A DNA stretch of 64,000 bases from an uncultured Bacteroidales bacterium (GCA_963768805.1 CAVYJI010000003.1:25765-89764), one strand, 5' to 3'; counted from the first letter of the stretch, positions 31,451 through 40,128 are shown. Notes: generated by a model not told the origin, from the sequence alone. Numbers and translations: made by a program.

Positions 31451-33865
31451 TTAAATATGTAAAATAACTTGTAAGGATGTCGTCCGTGGCGGTTCAATGG
31501 TCATCGGTCTTAAAGAATATTCTGTATTGAAGAAATTCTTGACCAGGAAGGAAAACTTGAAATCCCGGTAAGTATAGCTTAACCGGGTATCTACGATGAA
31601 ATTCCCTTTGTTGTGCTCTTCCCGGTATTTAACTATTCCGGAATTCATCAACGATGGAGTATCCAGCTCATTCAGAAAAATATCAATGTTCCTCATGTAT
31701 CCATAGTAATTCCCTGAAAAGCCCAGCCCGAATTGTTTTTTGAAGGTCAGTTGCAAGTCAGATTTAAACAGGCTCTGGATGCGGTATTTAAGTATATCTC
31801 CTTTAGTATCTGAAGAGGTGTTTGCATAGGTATAGTTGACGGTCTGACCTATGTTGCTTTCTTTAAATGTGTAATAAACTTCATTCGGGTGTACAGCTGT
31901 GGGAACAGAATAGGTGTAACCAAAGAGCGCCGAAAGGTCCAGGTTTCGTGCAATTCTTCCTTCCCCACCCAAAGACATATCCACTCCATAAATCTGAGCA
32001 GGGCCTGTATTCAGGAACTTAAACCCGAGACTCTGGCTGAGCAAAGATTGTCCCCAGTCCCCGAAATTGAATTCGATGTAATTCTTATAATTTTCGAGAA
32101 AGCCTGAAACGTCTGCCATGCCAACAAACTTACCCAGTTTAAACAACTGCTTGATGCCAACTTCATACGAAAGACAGGTTTCTGATTTAAGGTCAGGATT
32201 CGGATAAAATCCAAACCCGCCGGAATTGGTTGTGATATATCTTTCACCAATGCTGGGCTCCCGGTAGCCTTCTCCTGCAGAAACCCGGAAGAATGTTGCC
32301 TTTCCAGCCCTCAGGTTTAAGCCGGTTCTGAAAATAGGTTTGTTCTCAATTAAATCTGCAATGTTATAATATTCCCATCTTCCTCCCAGCAGGAGGGTGA
32401 GTCTGTCAAAGAACTTTTTCTCAAATTGCGCATAAACAGCCAAATTCTCAGAATTATAAGTTCCATTTTCATTGGCGTTTGTGGTTCCCAGAGAATCAAG
32501 TTTACCGGAAAAGACCTTGCCGTAAGAATAGGAATAAATGTTCGTGATGCCTGTTACCAGCATGAGTCCCTTGACCCTTTGAAATTTATGGGTGTGCTGG
32601 AATTCGTTGTAGATGGTCAGATAACGGTTCGACTGGTTGTTGTTGGCATCGGAATTTCCATAATAAATACGGTTCTTCAGACTGTAACTGTTTCCATTTT
32701 TAGCGAAATACTTTACATAGGGATCTACATAAAAAGTGACTTCCTTAAAGTGCGATAACGAGCCGGGGTAAGACCGGTAAAGGTTTGTGTCAGCATTTTC
32801 CCAGAAATAAGCTTCTGAATATTCGTTGTACATAAAGGTCCCGTTGACACCGTAGCTCAGCCCCTTAAATTTTTTATTACGGACCCTGGCCAGAAAATTA
32901 ACTTTTCCTCTTTTGGTAAATGCACCTTTATTAAAATTGGTGTCGGCTCTGGTCTCAGCGGTGCCACGGATGTACCCCTGATCATTATACAGGCTGATTC
33001 CTAATCCAAAGTCAAAATTGTCAACTTGCTGAAGATGTGAAACACTCAATCCCCAAATTACCGGATTCATCCCTGTCCACGGGGTAGCATAGGTCCTATC
33101 GGGCTTACTATACACCCCAAAGTACGAATTCACCAATGTTACAGGCACATCTGTAGGATAAGAAGTGCGGATGTTGATGGCGCCGGTGATGGCGGCAGAG
33201 CCATAAACAGCAGATGAAGCGCCTTTTACCACTTCAATCTGATCGACATTATCAACAGGAAGAAAACCCCAATCGGGACGACCGGCATTACCCGTGAGCA
33301 TAGGAATATCATCTACCATGATCATTACCCGGCTTCCGAGTCCGGAGCTAAAACCGCTTCCTCCCCTGATCTGGGGCTCATTGTTTACAATGGTGATCCC
33401 TGGCATCTTTTCAATCGCTTTATCGATGCTAGCAGGATTGGAGGATAAGATGGATTGCGATTTCAGGACTTCAATTGACGATATTGAATTCTCTACTTTT
33501 TGTTCATACTTTGATCCTGAAACCACAAAGGTGCTCAATTCCTGAGAGATAGGCGTCATCTGGATATCAAGGGACATCTTCTTCTTTCCATCGACATTGA
33601 CATGCTTTTCCTGCTTTTCATAACCCACGCAGGAAATGATGAGGACAATCTCACCCTTTGCCAGCTCAAGATGGTATAACCCATTGGCGTCGCTGAAGGT
33701 CCCAGTAGACAATCCCTTGATCCCGATGTTGACAAAAGGAAGTGCATCGCCGGTCTGTTCGTCTATGATCTTCCCCTGAACAATACAAGTCTGCGCACTG
33801 ACCCCGGTGAAGGATACAAGGACAAAGACAATAGCAAATAACAGAAGAAGGCAGAATTGTTTCAT
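31451..33865 (-). CDS. TonB-dependent receptor with carboxypeptidase-regulatory-like domain
   Basis: The preferred ATG at 33865 gives MKQFCLLLLFAIVFVLV. It has CarbopepD_reg (VQGKIIDEQTGDALPFVNIGIKG) and plug (IEKMPGITIV...IRGGSGF...IMVDDIPM...IEVVKGASSAVYGS) motifs. Confidence 0.88.
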   Translation of the reverse strand: MKQFCLLLLFAIVFVLVSFTGVSAQTCIVQGKIIDEQTGDALPFVNIGIKGLSTGTFSDANGLYHLELAKGEIVLIISCVGYEKQEKHVNVDGKKKMSLDIQMTPISQELSTFVVSGSKYEQKVENSISSIEVLKSQSILSSNPASIDKAIEKMPGITIVNNEPQIRGGSGFSSGLGSRVMIMVDDIPMLTGNAGRPDWGFLPVDNVDQIEVVKGASSAVYGSAAITGAINIRTSYPTDVPVTLVNSYFGVYSKPDRTYATPWTGMNPVIWGLSVSHLQQVDNFDFGLGISLYNDQGYIRGTAETRADTNFNKGAFTKRGKVNFLARVRNKKFKGLSYGVNGTFMYNEYSEAYFWENADTNLYRSYPGSLSHFKEVTFYVDPYVKYFAKNGNSYSLKNRIYYGNSDANNNQSNRYLTIYNEFQHTHKFQRVKGLMLVTGITNIYSYSYGKVFSGKLDSLGTTNANENGTYNSENLAVYAQFEKKFFDRLTLLLGGRWEYYNIADLIENKPIFRTGLNLRAGKATFFRVSAGEGYREPSIGERYITTNSGGFGFYPNPDLKSETCLSYEVGIKQLFKLGKFVGMADVSGFLENYKNYIEFNFGDWGQSLLSQSLGFKFLNTGPAQIYGVDMSLGGEGRIARNLDLSALFGYTYSVPTAVHPNEVYYTFKESNIGQTVNYTYANTSSDTKGDILKYRIQSLFKSDLQLTFKKQFGLGFSGNYYGYMRNIDIFLNELDTPSLMNSGIVKYREEHNKGNFIVDTRLSYTYRDFKFSFLVKNFFNTEYSLRPMTIEPPRTTSLQVILHI

Positions 33866-33912
33866 GCCACCTGGTTTACGAAACAAAAATAGTATAATTT
33901 ATTTAAGATGGT

Positions 33913-35820
33913 TCAAAAACCTTCAGTCACGACAGCTCCATCATTGGTTATCAACGATTTGTATTTCAATGACGGCGATGGCAGAAAAGGCCCTGCTCCA
34001 AAATCATCCCATTTCTCATCTATCTTACTGATAGTGAGATCATCCATTATAATTATATTGGGCCAATCGCGCCTGAACAAGTCATACCGGTTCGTTTTAC
34101 GAGTGCCATCCAACACCAGCACCGGGAACGGGTCACCCTTTTCGTTGACAGGGTTAAAGCAATCCCTCATCGGATCGATATTATTTCCCGTGATCCATGC
34201 AATATCGGAGGATGAATAAATGTCTACTCCCGGATCAAGGAATAGCAGGAACTTGATATCTTCGATCAGCCCCATTTTTCCGAACTCTGTGCTAATCTGG
34301 CGTATATGGCAGATCCGGTTCTTTTTAACCGACAGCACCACGAGGGAAATTCCATCAGAGAGGAATGTATCATTGATCGCAACCACTTCAGGGAAATTCT
34401 TAAGAATGGCTTTGGATTCTATGAGTGGCTGAACCTTATCATGGGATGATCCTTCCAGTTCTTCCGGCCATTTTAACGTGGCATCGATCCCGATCTTGCT
34501 GCCGAATGAAAAACGCCGGCTTGAGTGATCCAGGATATCGACCGGTCCTTTAATGAACTGAATATCCTGAACAGGATCGGTTCTTTGTGAGACTTCTTTC
34601 GCCACAGCTTTGTAATCGTTAAGATCCGTTTCACCGCTAAGCACCACCATGAATTTGTTGAACATCATTTGCCCTGCGCCCCACAGGGAAGTCATTATTT
34701 TAGATCCCTGGCCGGGAAATGATTTTTCTATTTTCGTGATGACGATATTATGGAAAACCCCGGCTGCAGGCATATTGATGTCTTTTATCTCGGGAACGGC
34801 TACAAGTTTCAGAGGAAAAAGAAAGAGGCGTTCTGTGGCTTTACCCAACCAGCTATCTTCCATGGGGGGAATCCCTACAATAGTTGCGGGGTAAACAGCT
34901 TTTTTCCTGTGTGTGATGCATGTTATATGGAAGCAGGGGTAGAAATCCGCCAATGAATAGAAACCGGTATGATCGCCAAAGGGGCCTTCCAGGAGAAATT
35001 CTTCTTCAGGATCGACAAAGCCCTCGATTACAAAGTCGACATCAGAAGGAACCTCAAGGTCGTTTGTAAGGCACCTGACAAGGTCGACATTTTTTTTCCG
35101 AAGGAATCCTGACAGCATATTCTCATCTACGTTTTCGGGCAGAGGCGCTGTTGCAGCATAAGTATATGCCGGGTCGCCGCCGAGTGTAACTGTAACAGGC
35201 ATCTTCTTCCCAAGTTCCCTGTATTTCGAAAAATGATGGGCTGATCCTTTGTGACGGTGCCAGTGCATCCCTGTTAGTGCCGGGCCATATACCTGCATCC
35301 GGTACATACCCTGGTTCCGATTTCCGGTGACCGGGTCTTTGGTATGAACGACCGGCAGGGTTATGAATGGCCCTCCATCAGCCGGCCAGCAGGTCAGAAC
35401 AGGGAGTTTTGTAAGATCAGGGGGGTCCATGATCACTTCCTGGCAGCTTCCTTTTCTTTTCACCAATCTTGGAAGCCAGGACGAGATTTCTTTCAGTGCC
35501 GGAAGGACCCTAAGCTTTTCAATCAGTGTTTCTTTGGGGCCGGTGAATTCCTTCAGTAATTCAGCCAGTTCCTCTCCTGCTTTATCCAGGTTCTCAACTC
35601 CCAACGCCATACACATTCTTTTCTCTGAACCGAATGCATTGATCAGGACTGGAAATGCGGTTCCGGTGTTCTCAAATAAAAGAGCCTTACCGTTGTTTTT
35701 GCTTACCCGGTCAGTGATCTCGGTGATCTCGAGGTGAGGCGATACGAATGTCTTGATCCTGACCAGTTCACCGGCAGATTCAAGTGCTGAAATGAAATGA
35801 GACAGGGTCTTGTATGCCAT
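33913..35820 (-). CDS. UbiD-family decarboxylase (menaquinone/ubiquinone-type prenyl-aromatic decarboxylase homologue, long form)
   Basis: 635 aa. The N-terminus MAYKTLSHFISALESAGELVRIK and the motifs GMYRMQVYG and GGDP are typical of UbiD. The extra C-terminal ~150 aa are as in the long Bacteroidota forms. Confidence 0.88.
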   Translation of the reverse strand: MAYKTLSHFISALESAGELVRIKTFVSPHLEITEITDRVSKNNGKALLFENTGTAFPVLINAFGSEKRMCMALGVENLDKAGEELAELLKEFTGPKETLIEKLRVLPALKEISSWLPRLVKRKGSCQEVIMDPPDLTKLPVLTCWPADGGPFITLPVVHTKDPVTGNRNQGMYRMQVYGPALTGMHWHRHKGSAHHFSKYRELGKKMPVTVTLGGDPAYTYAATAPLPENVDENMLSGFLRKKNVDLVRCLTNDLEVPSDVDFVIEGFVDPEEEFLLEGPFGDHTGFYSLADFYPCFHITCITHRKKAVYPATIVGIPPMEDSWLGKATERLFLFPLKLVAVPEIKDINMPAAGVFHNIVITKIEKSFPGQGSKIMTSLWGAGQMMFNKFMVVLSGETDLNDYKAVAKEVSQRTDPVQDIQFIKGPVDILDHSSRRFSFGSKIGIDATLKWPEELEGSSHDKVQPLIESKAILKNFPEVVAINDTFLSDGISLVVLSVKKNRICHIRQISTEFGKMGLIEDIKFLLFLDPGVDIYSSSDIAWITGNNIDPMRDCFNPVNEKGDPFPVLVLDGTRKTNRYDLFRRDWPNIIIMDDLTISKIDEKWDDFGAGPFLPSPSLKYKSLITNDGAVVTEGF

Positions 35821-35919
35821 TTGTATAAAAGCGTGTAAGGCGTTATTTTTTTAGTTTCAAGATATGAAGCTGATTTTATAAGACGTGTGGACTTTATAAA
35901 CTTTATGAACTTTACAAGT

Positions 35920-36330
35920 TCAATTTACTTTGTATGTTTTCAAGCCGAATTTCTCCGGTTTATTGGCGTTATATTTCGACGGACATTTGAGCAAGAGGCT
36001 GGATGCAAGGAACTCATCGTTTTTCATTGTACCGATGATCACCACTTTCTCTGATTTCTCAAAATCCTGCGGTTTTGGATTGTTATATACAACTTTCATT
36101 TCCAACCCTTTATCATCGATCAGGTAAAAAGAGAACCGGTTGACGTTTTTAGTTGCATCGTACTCGATAGATTTTGTTTTATCGAGTTTCCCGATGATGT
36201 GAAATTCTTTCCCGGGTGTTGCAGCGGCTGCTGAGAAATCAGTATAGGTGCTTGAATCAGTCAGTGTCGTCACTACAACAGCCACTGCGATAACCAAAAC
36301 AAGTAAGATGACAATATGGATAGTTTTCAT
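35920..36330 (-). CDS. ccmE: Cytochrome c maturation haem chaperone CcmE, Cys-type (CxxxY) variant
   Basis: 136 aa with an N-terminal TM anchor and an OB-fold-like body. The C-terminal LLKCPSKY aligns with the LAKHDENY haem-binding motif of canonical CcmE. Its ATG overlaps the stop of the upstream small ORF (ATGA). Confidence 0.85.
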   Translation of the reverse strand: MKTIHIVILLVLVIAVAVVVTTLTDSSTYTDFSAAAATPGKEFHIIGKLDKTKSIEYDATKNVNRFSFYLIDDKGLEMKVVYNNPKPQDFEKSEKVVIIGTMKNDEFLASSLLLKCPSKYNANKPEKFGLKTYKVN

Positions 36331-36473
36331 TTTTCCTGATCACTTTTTTTTTCTTCAACTTCTTTTTCCAACCTTGTCACCTTCCTATCAATAGTAAAAA
36401 GGTAAATAAAAATGCCCACAAGGATCAGGGCCAGCACGGCAACAACGACAAAGATCTTTCCGTTTGCTAACAT
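36327..36473 (-). CDS. ccmD: CcmD-like small membrane protein (48 aa), not present in the supplied ORF track
   Basis: My translation gives MLANGKIFVVVAVLALILVGIFIYLFTIDRKVTRLEKEVEEKKSDQEK. It has one TM helix plus a charged tail. The start is 6 nt after the ccmC stop, and its stop overlaps the ccmE start (ATGA). The position between ccmC and ccmE is as expected for ccmD. Confidence 0.75.
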   Translation of the reverse strand: MLANGKIFVVVAVLALILVGIFIYLFTIDRKVTRLEKEVEEKKSDQEK

Positions 36474-36479
36474 GGGTCT

Positions 36480-37166
36480 TTATGTATTATTGATGATCAG
36501 TTTAATTTTTCTTAATCGCACCCTGAGACTGTATATCCAGATGCCAAGGAGTATCCATCCCAGCATGGCGGGATAGAAAATGAGGCGCATGGAAGGCGGC
36601 AGGTGCATTGGTAATACGGTATTGGCATTTCCTCCTCCGGCCGGATGTATGCTTTCACCTGCAAGGCGGGGCAGGATGATCACAAGGACGATCCAGAGAA
36701 AGAAGGCGAAAACGTTATAGATCGCTGATACTTTTGCACGTTTCTGGGTATCATCAATGGATCCGCGGAGAATTGCATAAGCAAGATAGATCAGCAGTCC
36801 AACAGCGGCGCCGTTCAATTTCGGATCTTTGACCCATGGGGAACCCCAGGTAAAATTGGCCCATATCATCCCGGTAAAAATACCCAGGAAGCCGAACATC
36901 AGGCCGACATTTACAGCTTCGACCGCCCTAATGTCTTCCAGCTCATCAAATTTCTGCAGGTACCGTAAGCTATAAATAAAACCCATGATCAACATGGTAA
37001 GCATGCCAAACCACATACCCACATGATAGAAGATGTTTCTCATCGATTCTGCGGCCACTTCCATTCCCCCGAAAGAAACTTTAATGAAAAATCCTCCGAA
37101 AATTGCATAGAGCAAGAGCAGCCCTGCCAGCACCTTCCACCAGTATTTTTTCACCTGTTCTCCCAA
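36480..37166 (-). CDS. ccmC: Haem exporter/handling protein CcmC
   Basis: 228 aa polytopic membrane protein with a Trp-rich WWD-like motif (WANFTWGSPWVKDPKLNG) and conserved His-containing loops. Confidence 0.88.
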   Translation of the reverse strand: MGEQVKKYWWKVLAGLLLLYAIFGGFFIKVSFGGMEVAAESMRNIFYHVGMWFGMLTMLIMGFIYSLRYLQKFDELEDIRAVEAVNVGLMFGFLGIFTGMIWANFTWGSPWVKDPKLNGAAVGLLIYLAYAILRGSIDDTQKRAKVSAIYNVFAFFLWIVLVIILPRLAGESIHPAGGGNANTVLPMHLPPSMRLIFYPAMLGWILLGIWIYSLRVRLRKIKLIINNT

Positions 37167-37191
37167 ATTATTTTACTATTGATTTTCGTGA

Positions 37192-37851
37192 TTAGTCGCG
37201 CCAAAGGTACGGAAATAATAAATAAGCCAGGATAATGACGGCAACGTTGATGGTGAGCAGGATAATAATAAAGCCATAGTTTCCAGACCATTGACCGGCA
37301 GAAAGGGCACTCTTCGAAACTTTCATCAGGGTGCCGAGCAGGGGCAGGACAATGGGAAAGCTTAAGATCGCCATCAGCGAAAAATTGCTGCTTGCCCTCG
37401 AGGCAATGGCGGCCACCATTGTAAGTATGGAAGCCAGGCCAAAGCTGCCAAGGATCAGGGTAAGAAGAAAAAGTGGGATATTGACGACAAGGTTTCCCAT
37501 CAGGAGTATAAAAAAGATGAAGGAGAGCACAGAAAGGATGGTCATCAGGATCAGATTATAGATGACCTTCGAGAGCAGGACGGCCTGGGGGCTTGCAATA
37601 GTATAATAGTAAAGGTGACGGGCCGGACTTTCCTGGATGAAGCTTTTGGAGATGCCGTTAACAGCCACGAAGAGAAGAATAATCCAAAACAATGAATTCC
37701 ATGTATCGGTATCAATGATCCTGTCGAAGGCAAGATAGGTCACGAATATGGTGGAAACAAGGTAAAGCAGGATGCCGTTCAGGACATATTTTTGTTTTAA
37801 TTCCAATCGTATCTCTTTCCCGATCAGATGTTTAACCTCTTTACCTGACAT
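37192..37851 (-). CDS. ccmB: Haem exporter membrane protein CcmB
   Basis: 219 aa with six predicted TM helices. It sits directly upstream of ccmC and resembles Bacteroidota CcmB annotations. Confidence 0.8.
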   Translation of the reverse strand: MSGKEVKHLIGKEIRLELKQKYVLNGILLYLVSTIFVTYLAFDRIIDTDTWNSLFWIILLFVAVNGISKSFIQESPARHLYYYTIASPQAVLLSKVIYNLILMTILSVLSFIFFILLMGNLVVNIPLFLLTLILGSFGLASILTMVAAIASRASSNFSLMAILSFPIVLPLLGTLMKVSKSALSAGQWSGNYGFIIILLTINVAVIILAYLLFPYLWRD

Positions 37852-37873
37852 TTTCCCCGGATTTTATCAGTAA

Positions 37874-37881
37874 CAAAAGTA
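37874..37881 (-). promoter_or_regulatory. '-7' box TACTTTTG (minus strand) upstream of ccmB
   Basis: Plus-strand CAAAAGTA is TACTTTTG on the minus strand, 22 nt before the ccmB ATG and directly downstream of the paralog-1 terminator. Confidence 0.45.
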
Positions 37882-37909
37882 ACGAATATTCTACCACTCA
37901 CCAATCATA

Positions 37910-37942
37910 AAAAAAAGCCCCGGCGAACCGGGGCTTTTTTTG
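37910..37942 (-). terminator. Rho-independent (symmetric) terminator after Asp-box paralog 1
   Basis: A8, then GCCCCGG-CGAA-CCGGGGC, then T7. Confidence 0.88.
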
Positions 37943-37989
37943 TGAATGGTGAGAAGTGAAGCGTAAAATGGCTTCATTCCAAACCTTTT

Positions 37990-39864
37990 TTACTGTACGA
38001 TCATCTTCTTAGTTATGGATTTATCACCTTGTTTCACAGTATAGAAATAGACACCCGAAGAAAGCTGGCTTGCATCAATCACAAACTGGCTGACACCAGG
38101 GAGAACATTGGTTTTCTCCATGTTCATCAATGTTTGACCTGTGAGGCTGGTCAATTTTAGTGACAGATCGCCCGGATACTGGATGTAAACATTTACACTA
38201 GTCAGGCCATTAACAGGGTTCGGGAAATTCTGTCCAACGGAGAAGGCGGGTTTTGCATGTTTTTCCGTTGTACCGACCCATAGCGGTTTTGCCCATTTGA
38301 TAACGGTCATATAATTATCATCGGGCTGTGTTTGTCCATTATAACCTGAGATGTTCAGTCCTTTTACATAAGATCCTCCATAAGCATCGGCCTGGAATAA
38401 AATGTAAACATATGAGTCATCTGTAGTAGGTGAAGCTGAAGGATACATGCATTCTGAAAAATTGTATTGGATCCAGTCACCGGTAATATCAACCAGGGTA
38501 TCCTGATGCCACAGGACTGTATCTCCCGAGATAACTCCATCCCTGCCAAAAAGGTGACGCAGGGTATAATTATTCGGGTCAACAAGGGTTGTAGCGCCTG
38601 CCCATGCAAGAAACACCTTATTGTTATTATCGATCACGAGTTCAGGGAATGAGGTCAGGGAAGTATAGTAATATGCCAGGGTCACTCCTGTAGGCGGATA
38701 GAATACCATTGTGTCTTTAACCCATGCTACATATTGATGATGTTTAAAGAGTGTATCCGGATTCAGACTTTGAACCAGTTGAGGCATATTTTCATTCCAG
38801 TAAGCAATCCCCTCGGTATAAGGTTTAAAATAACCGGATGTGTAGGATCCACTGTCTTGGAGTAAGCCGAAAACAACATGTGCTATGCCCTGTTGGTCAA
38901 ATGCACATGACATGGTTCCATCAGGGCAATAGAAGTAACCTGGGGAATTTCCGCCAAGGTCATAGGGGGATTGATAAATAATGGTTTTTGTCCATGTTGT
39001 TCCATTGTCTGTGGATTTCATGAGGAACTGATCCATCCAGGAAGCGCCTACGGTAAAAGCAATTGTATTACCCATAGGTTCAGCCCAGGAATAGGTATCA
39101 GCTGTAAAGTTAGTGTAATCGGATCCAGAAGTACCGGCAAGTTGTGTCCAGCTCGTCCAGGTTGCTCCACCGTCAAGTGATTGGCAATAGAGCAAGGCAC
39201 CATCCATCCCGTTATAAAGTTGTCCGCCATTGGCAGTGGGCTGTGTCAATGCGATTATATGGATGTAAGTGTGATTTGGTCCATTGGTCACCGATCTTGG
39301 CCAGAACATTGCTGTAATATTGTTTGGCAGTGTCGGCATCAGGGTTTGTGTCCATGCACCTGTTCCTTTGACTGTCCTGGTGTTGATCACCAGCGGGCCG
39401 ACTGCCTGATGGGCGATGATAATTTCCCCTGTGGGACCAAAAGGAAGATATTCTCCCCATCCGACACGGCTGGTTTCAACGCGTGCCGTTGGCTGGGGGC
39501 CCCATGAGGTGCCGTCAAAGTAGTTGTAGCCGGTGCCACGGTCAGACCAGGAAGAACTCTGTGCGGACCATATACATGCAGTACCCATTGTTCCGTCGGG
39601 GTGGAGGTAAATCCTTTTCTGGTTGGTGTAATTGGTTTGCAGGTCGTACATAGTTACGGAAACCTGGGGGTCAGTCATGACACTTTTATTCGAGACAACA
39701 GGATTTGGGGATTGTTCTCCAGTTACCGGGAGGTCAAGATTGGTGATCTGGCTTCTGTTATATGGAGCGACCACATTGGCTTTATTCTGCCTGATTGCAT
39801 TAAACTGGGCAAACGTACTCACAGTCAAGCCGAAAGCCAGTAACAAGAATAGAATTTTTTTCAT
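37990..39864 (-). CDS. Secreted Asp-box (BNR/sialidase-like beta-propeller) protein with T9SS type A C-terminal sorting domain, paralog 1
   Basis: 624 aa with a signal peptide (MKKILFLLLAFGLTVSTFAQ). The Asp-boxes are SLDGGATW and STDNGTTW. The C-terminal CTD is FSVGQNFPNPVNGLTSVNVY...SGVYFYTVKQGDKSITKKMIVQ. Confidence 0.85.
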   Translation of the reverse strand: MKKILFLLLAFGLTVSTFAQFNAIRQNKANVVAPYNRSQITNLDLPVTGEQSPNPVVSNKSVMTDPQVSVTMYDLQTNYTNQKRIYLHPDGTMGTACIWSAQSSSWSDRGTGYNYFDGTSWGPQPTARVETSRVGWGEYLPFGPTGEIIIAHQAVGPLVINTRTVKGTGAWTQTLMPTLPNNITAMFWPRSVTNGPNHTYIHIIALTQPTANGGQLYNGMDGALLYCQSLDGGATWTSWTQLAGTSGSDYTNFTADTYSWAEPMGNTIAFTVGASWMDQFLMKSTDNGTTWTKTIIYQSPYDLGGNSPGYFYCPDGTMSCAFDQQGIAHVVFGLLQDSGSYTSGYFKPYTEGIAYWNENMPQLVQSLNPDTLFKHHQYVAWVKDTMVFYPPTGVTLAYYYTSLTSFPELVIDNNNKVFLAWAGATTLVDPNNYTLRHLFGRDGVISGDTVLWHQDTLVDITGDWIQYNFSECMYPSASPTTDDSYVYILFQADAYGGSYVKGLNISGYNGQTQPDDNYMTVIKWAKPLWVGTTEKHAKPAFSVGQNFPNPVNGLTSVNVYIQYPGDLSLKLTSLTGQTLMNMEKTNVLPGVSQFVIDASQLSSGVYFYTVKQGDKSITKKMIVQ

Positions 39865-40018
39865 AGGATCAGTTTTTAAATTATAAATCTCATTAATCAG
39901 ACTAACAAAATTAATTTAAATTTCAGCTAATGCAACAAAGAGATCACTATTTTTTAATCACTTAAAGATCAGTGATGCCTGCCTGCCGGCGGCAGGGGAT
40001 GCTTATACTAAATCTCAA

Positions 40019-40128
40019 CCGAAGTTTGATCGAAGGTCAATCGAAGGTCAATCGAAGCTTAATCGAAGGTTAATCGAAGGATGGTCGGAGGGGCGTCGAA
40101 GGGACGTCGAAGGGACGTCGAAGGGAGA
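40019..40128. repeat. 11-bp-period tandem array (10 units: TCGAAGG + 4 nt; e.g. TCGAAGGTCAA x2, TCGAAGGGACG x2)
   Basis: Parsed by hand. TCGAAGG/TCGGAGG recurs at 40030, 40041, 40052, 40063, 40074, 40085, 40096, 40107 and 40118. It lies between the paralog-2 terminator and the paralog-1 start codon. Confidence 0.9.
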
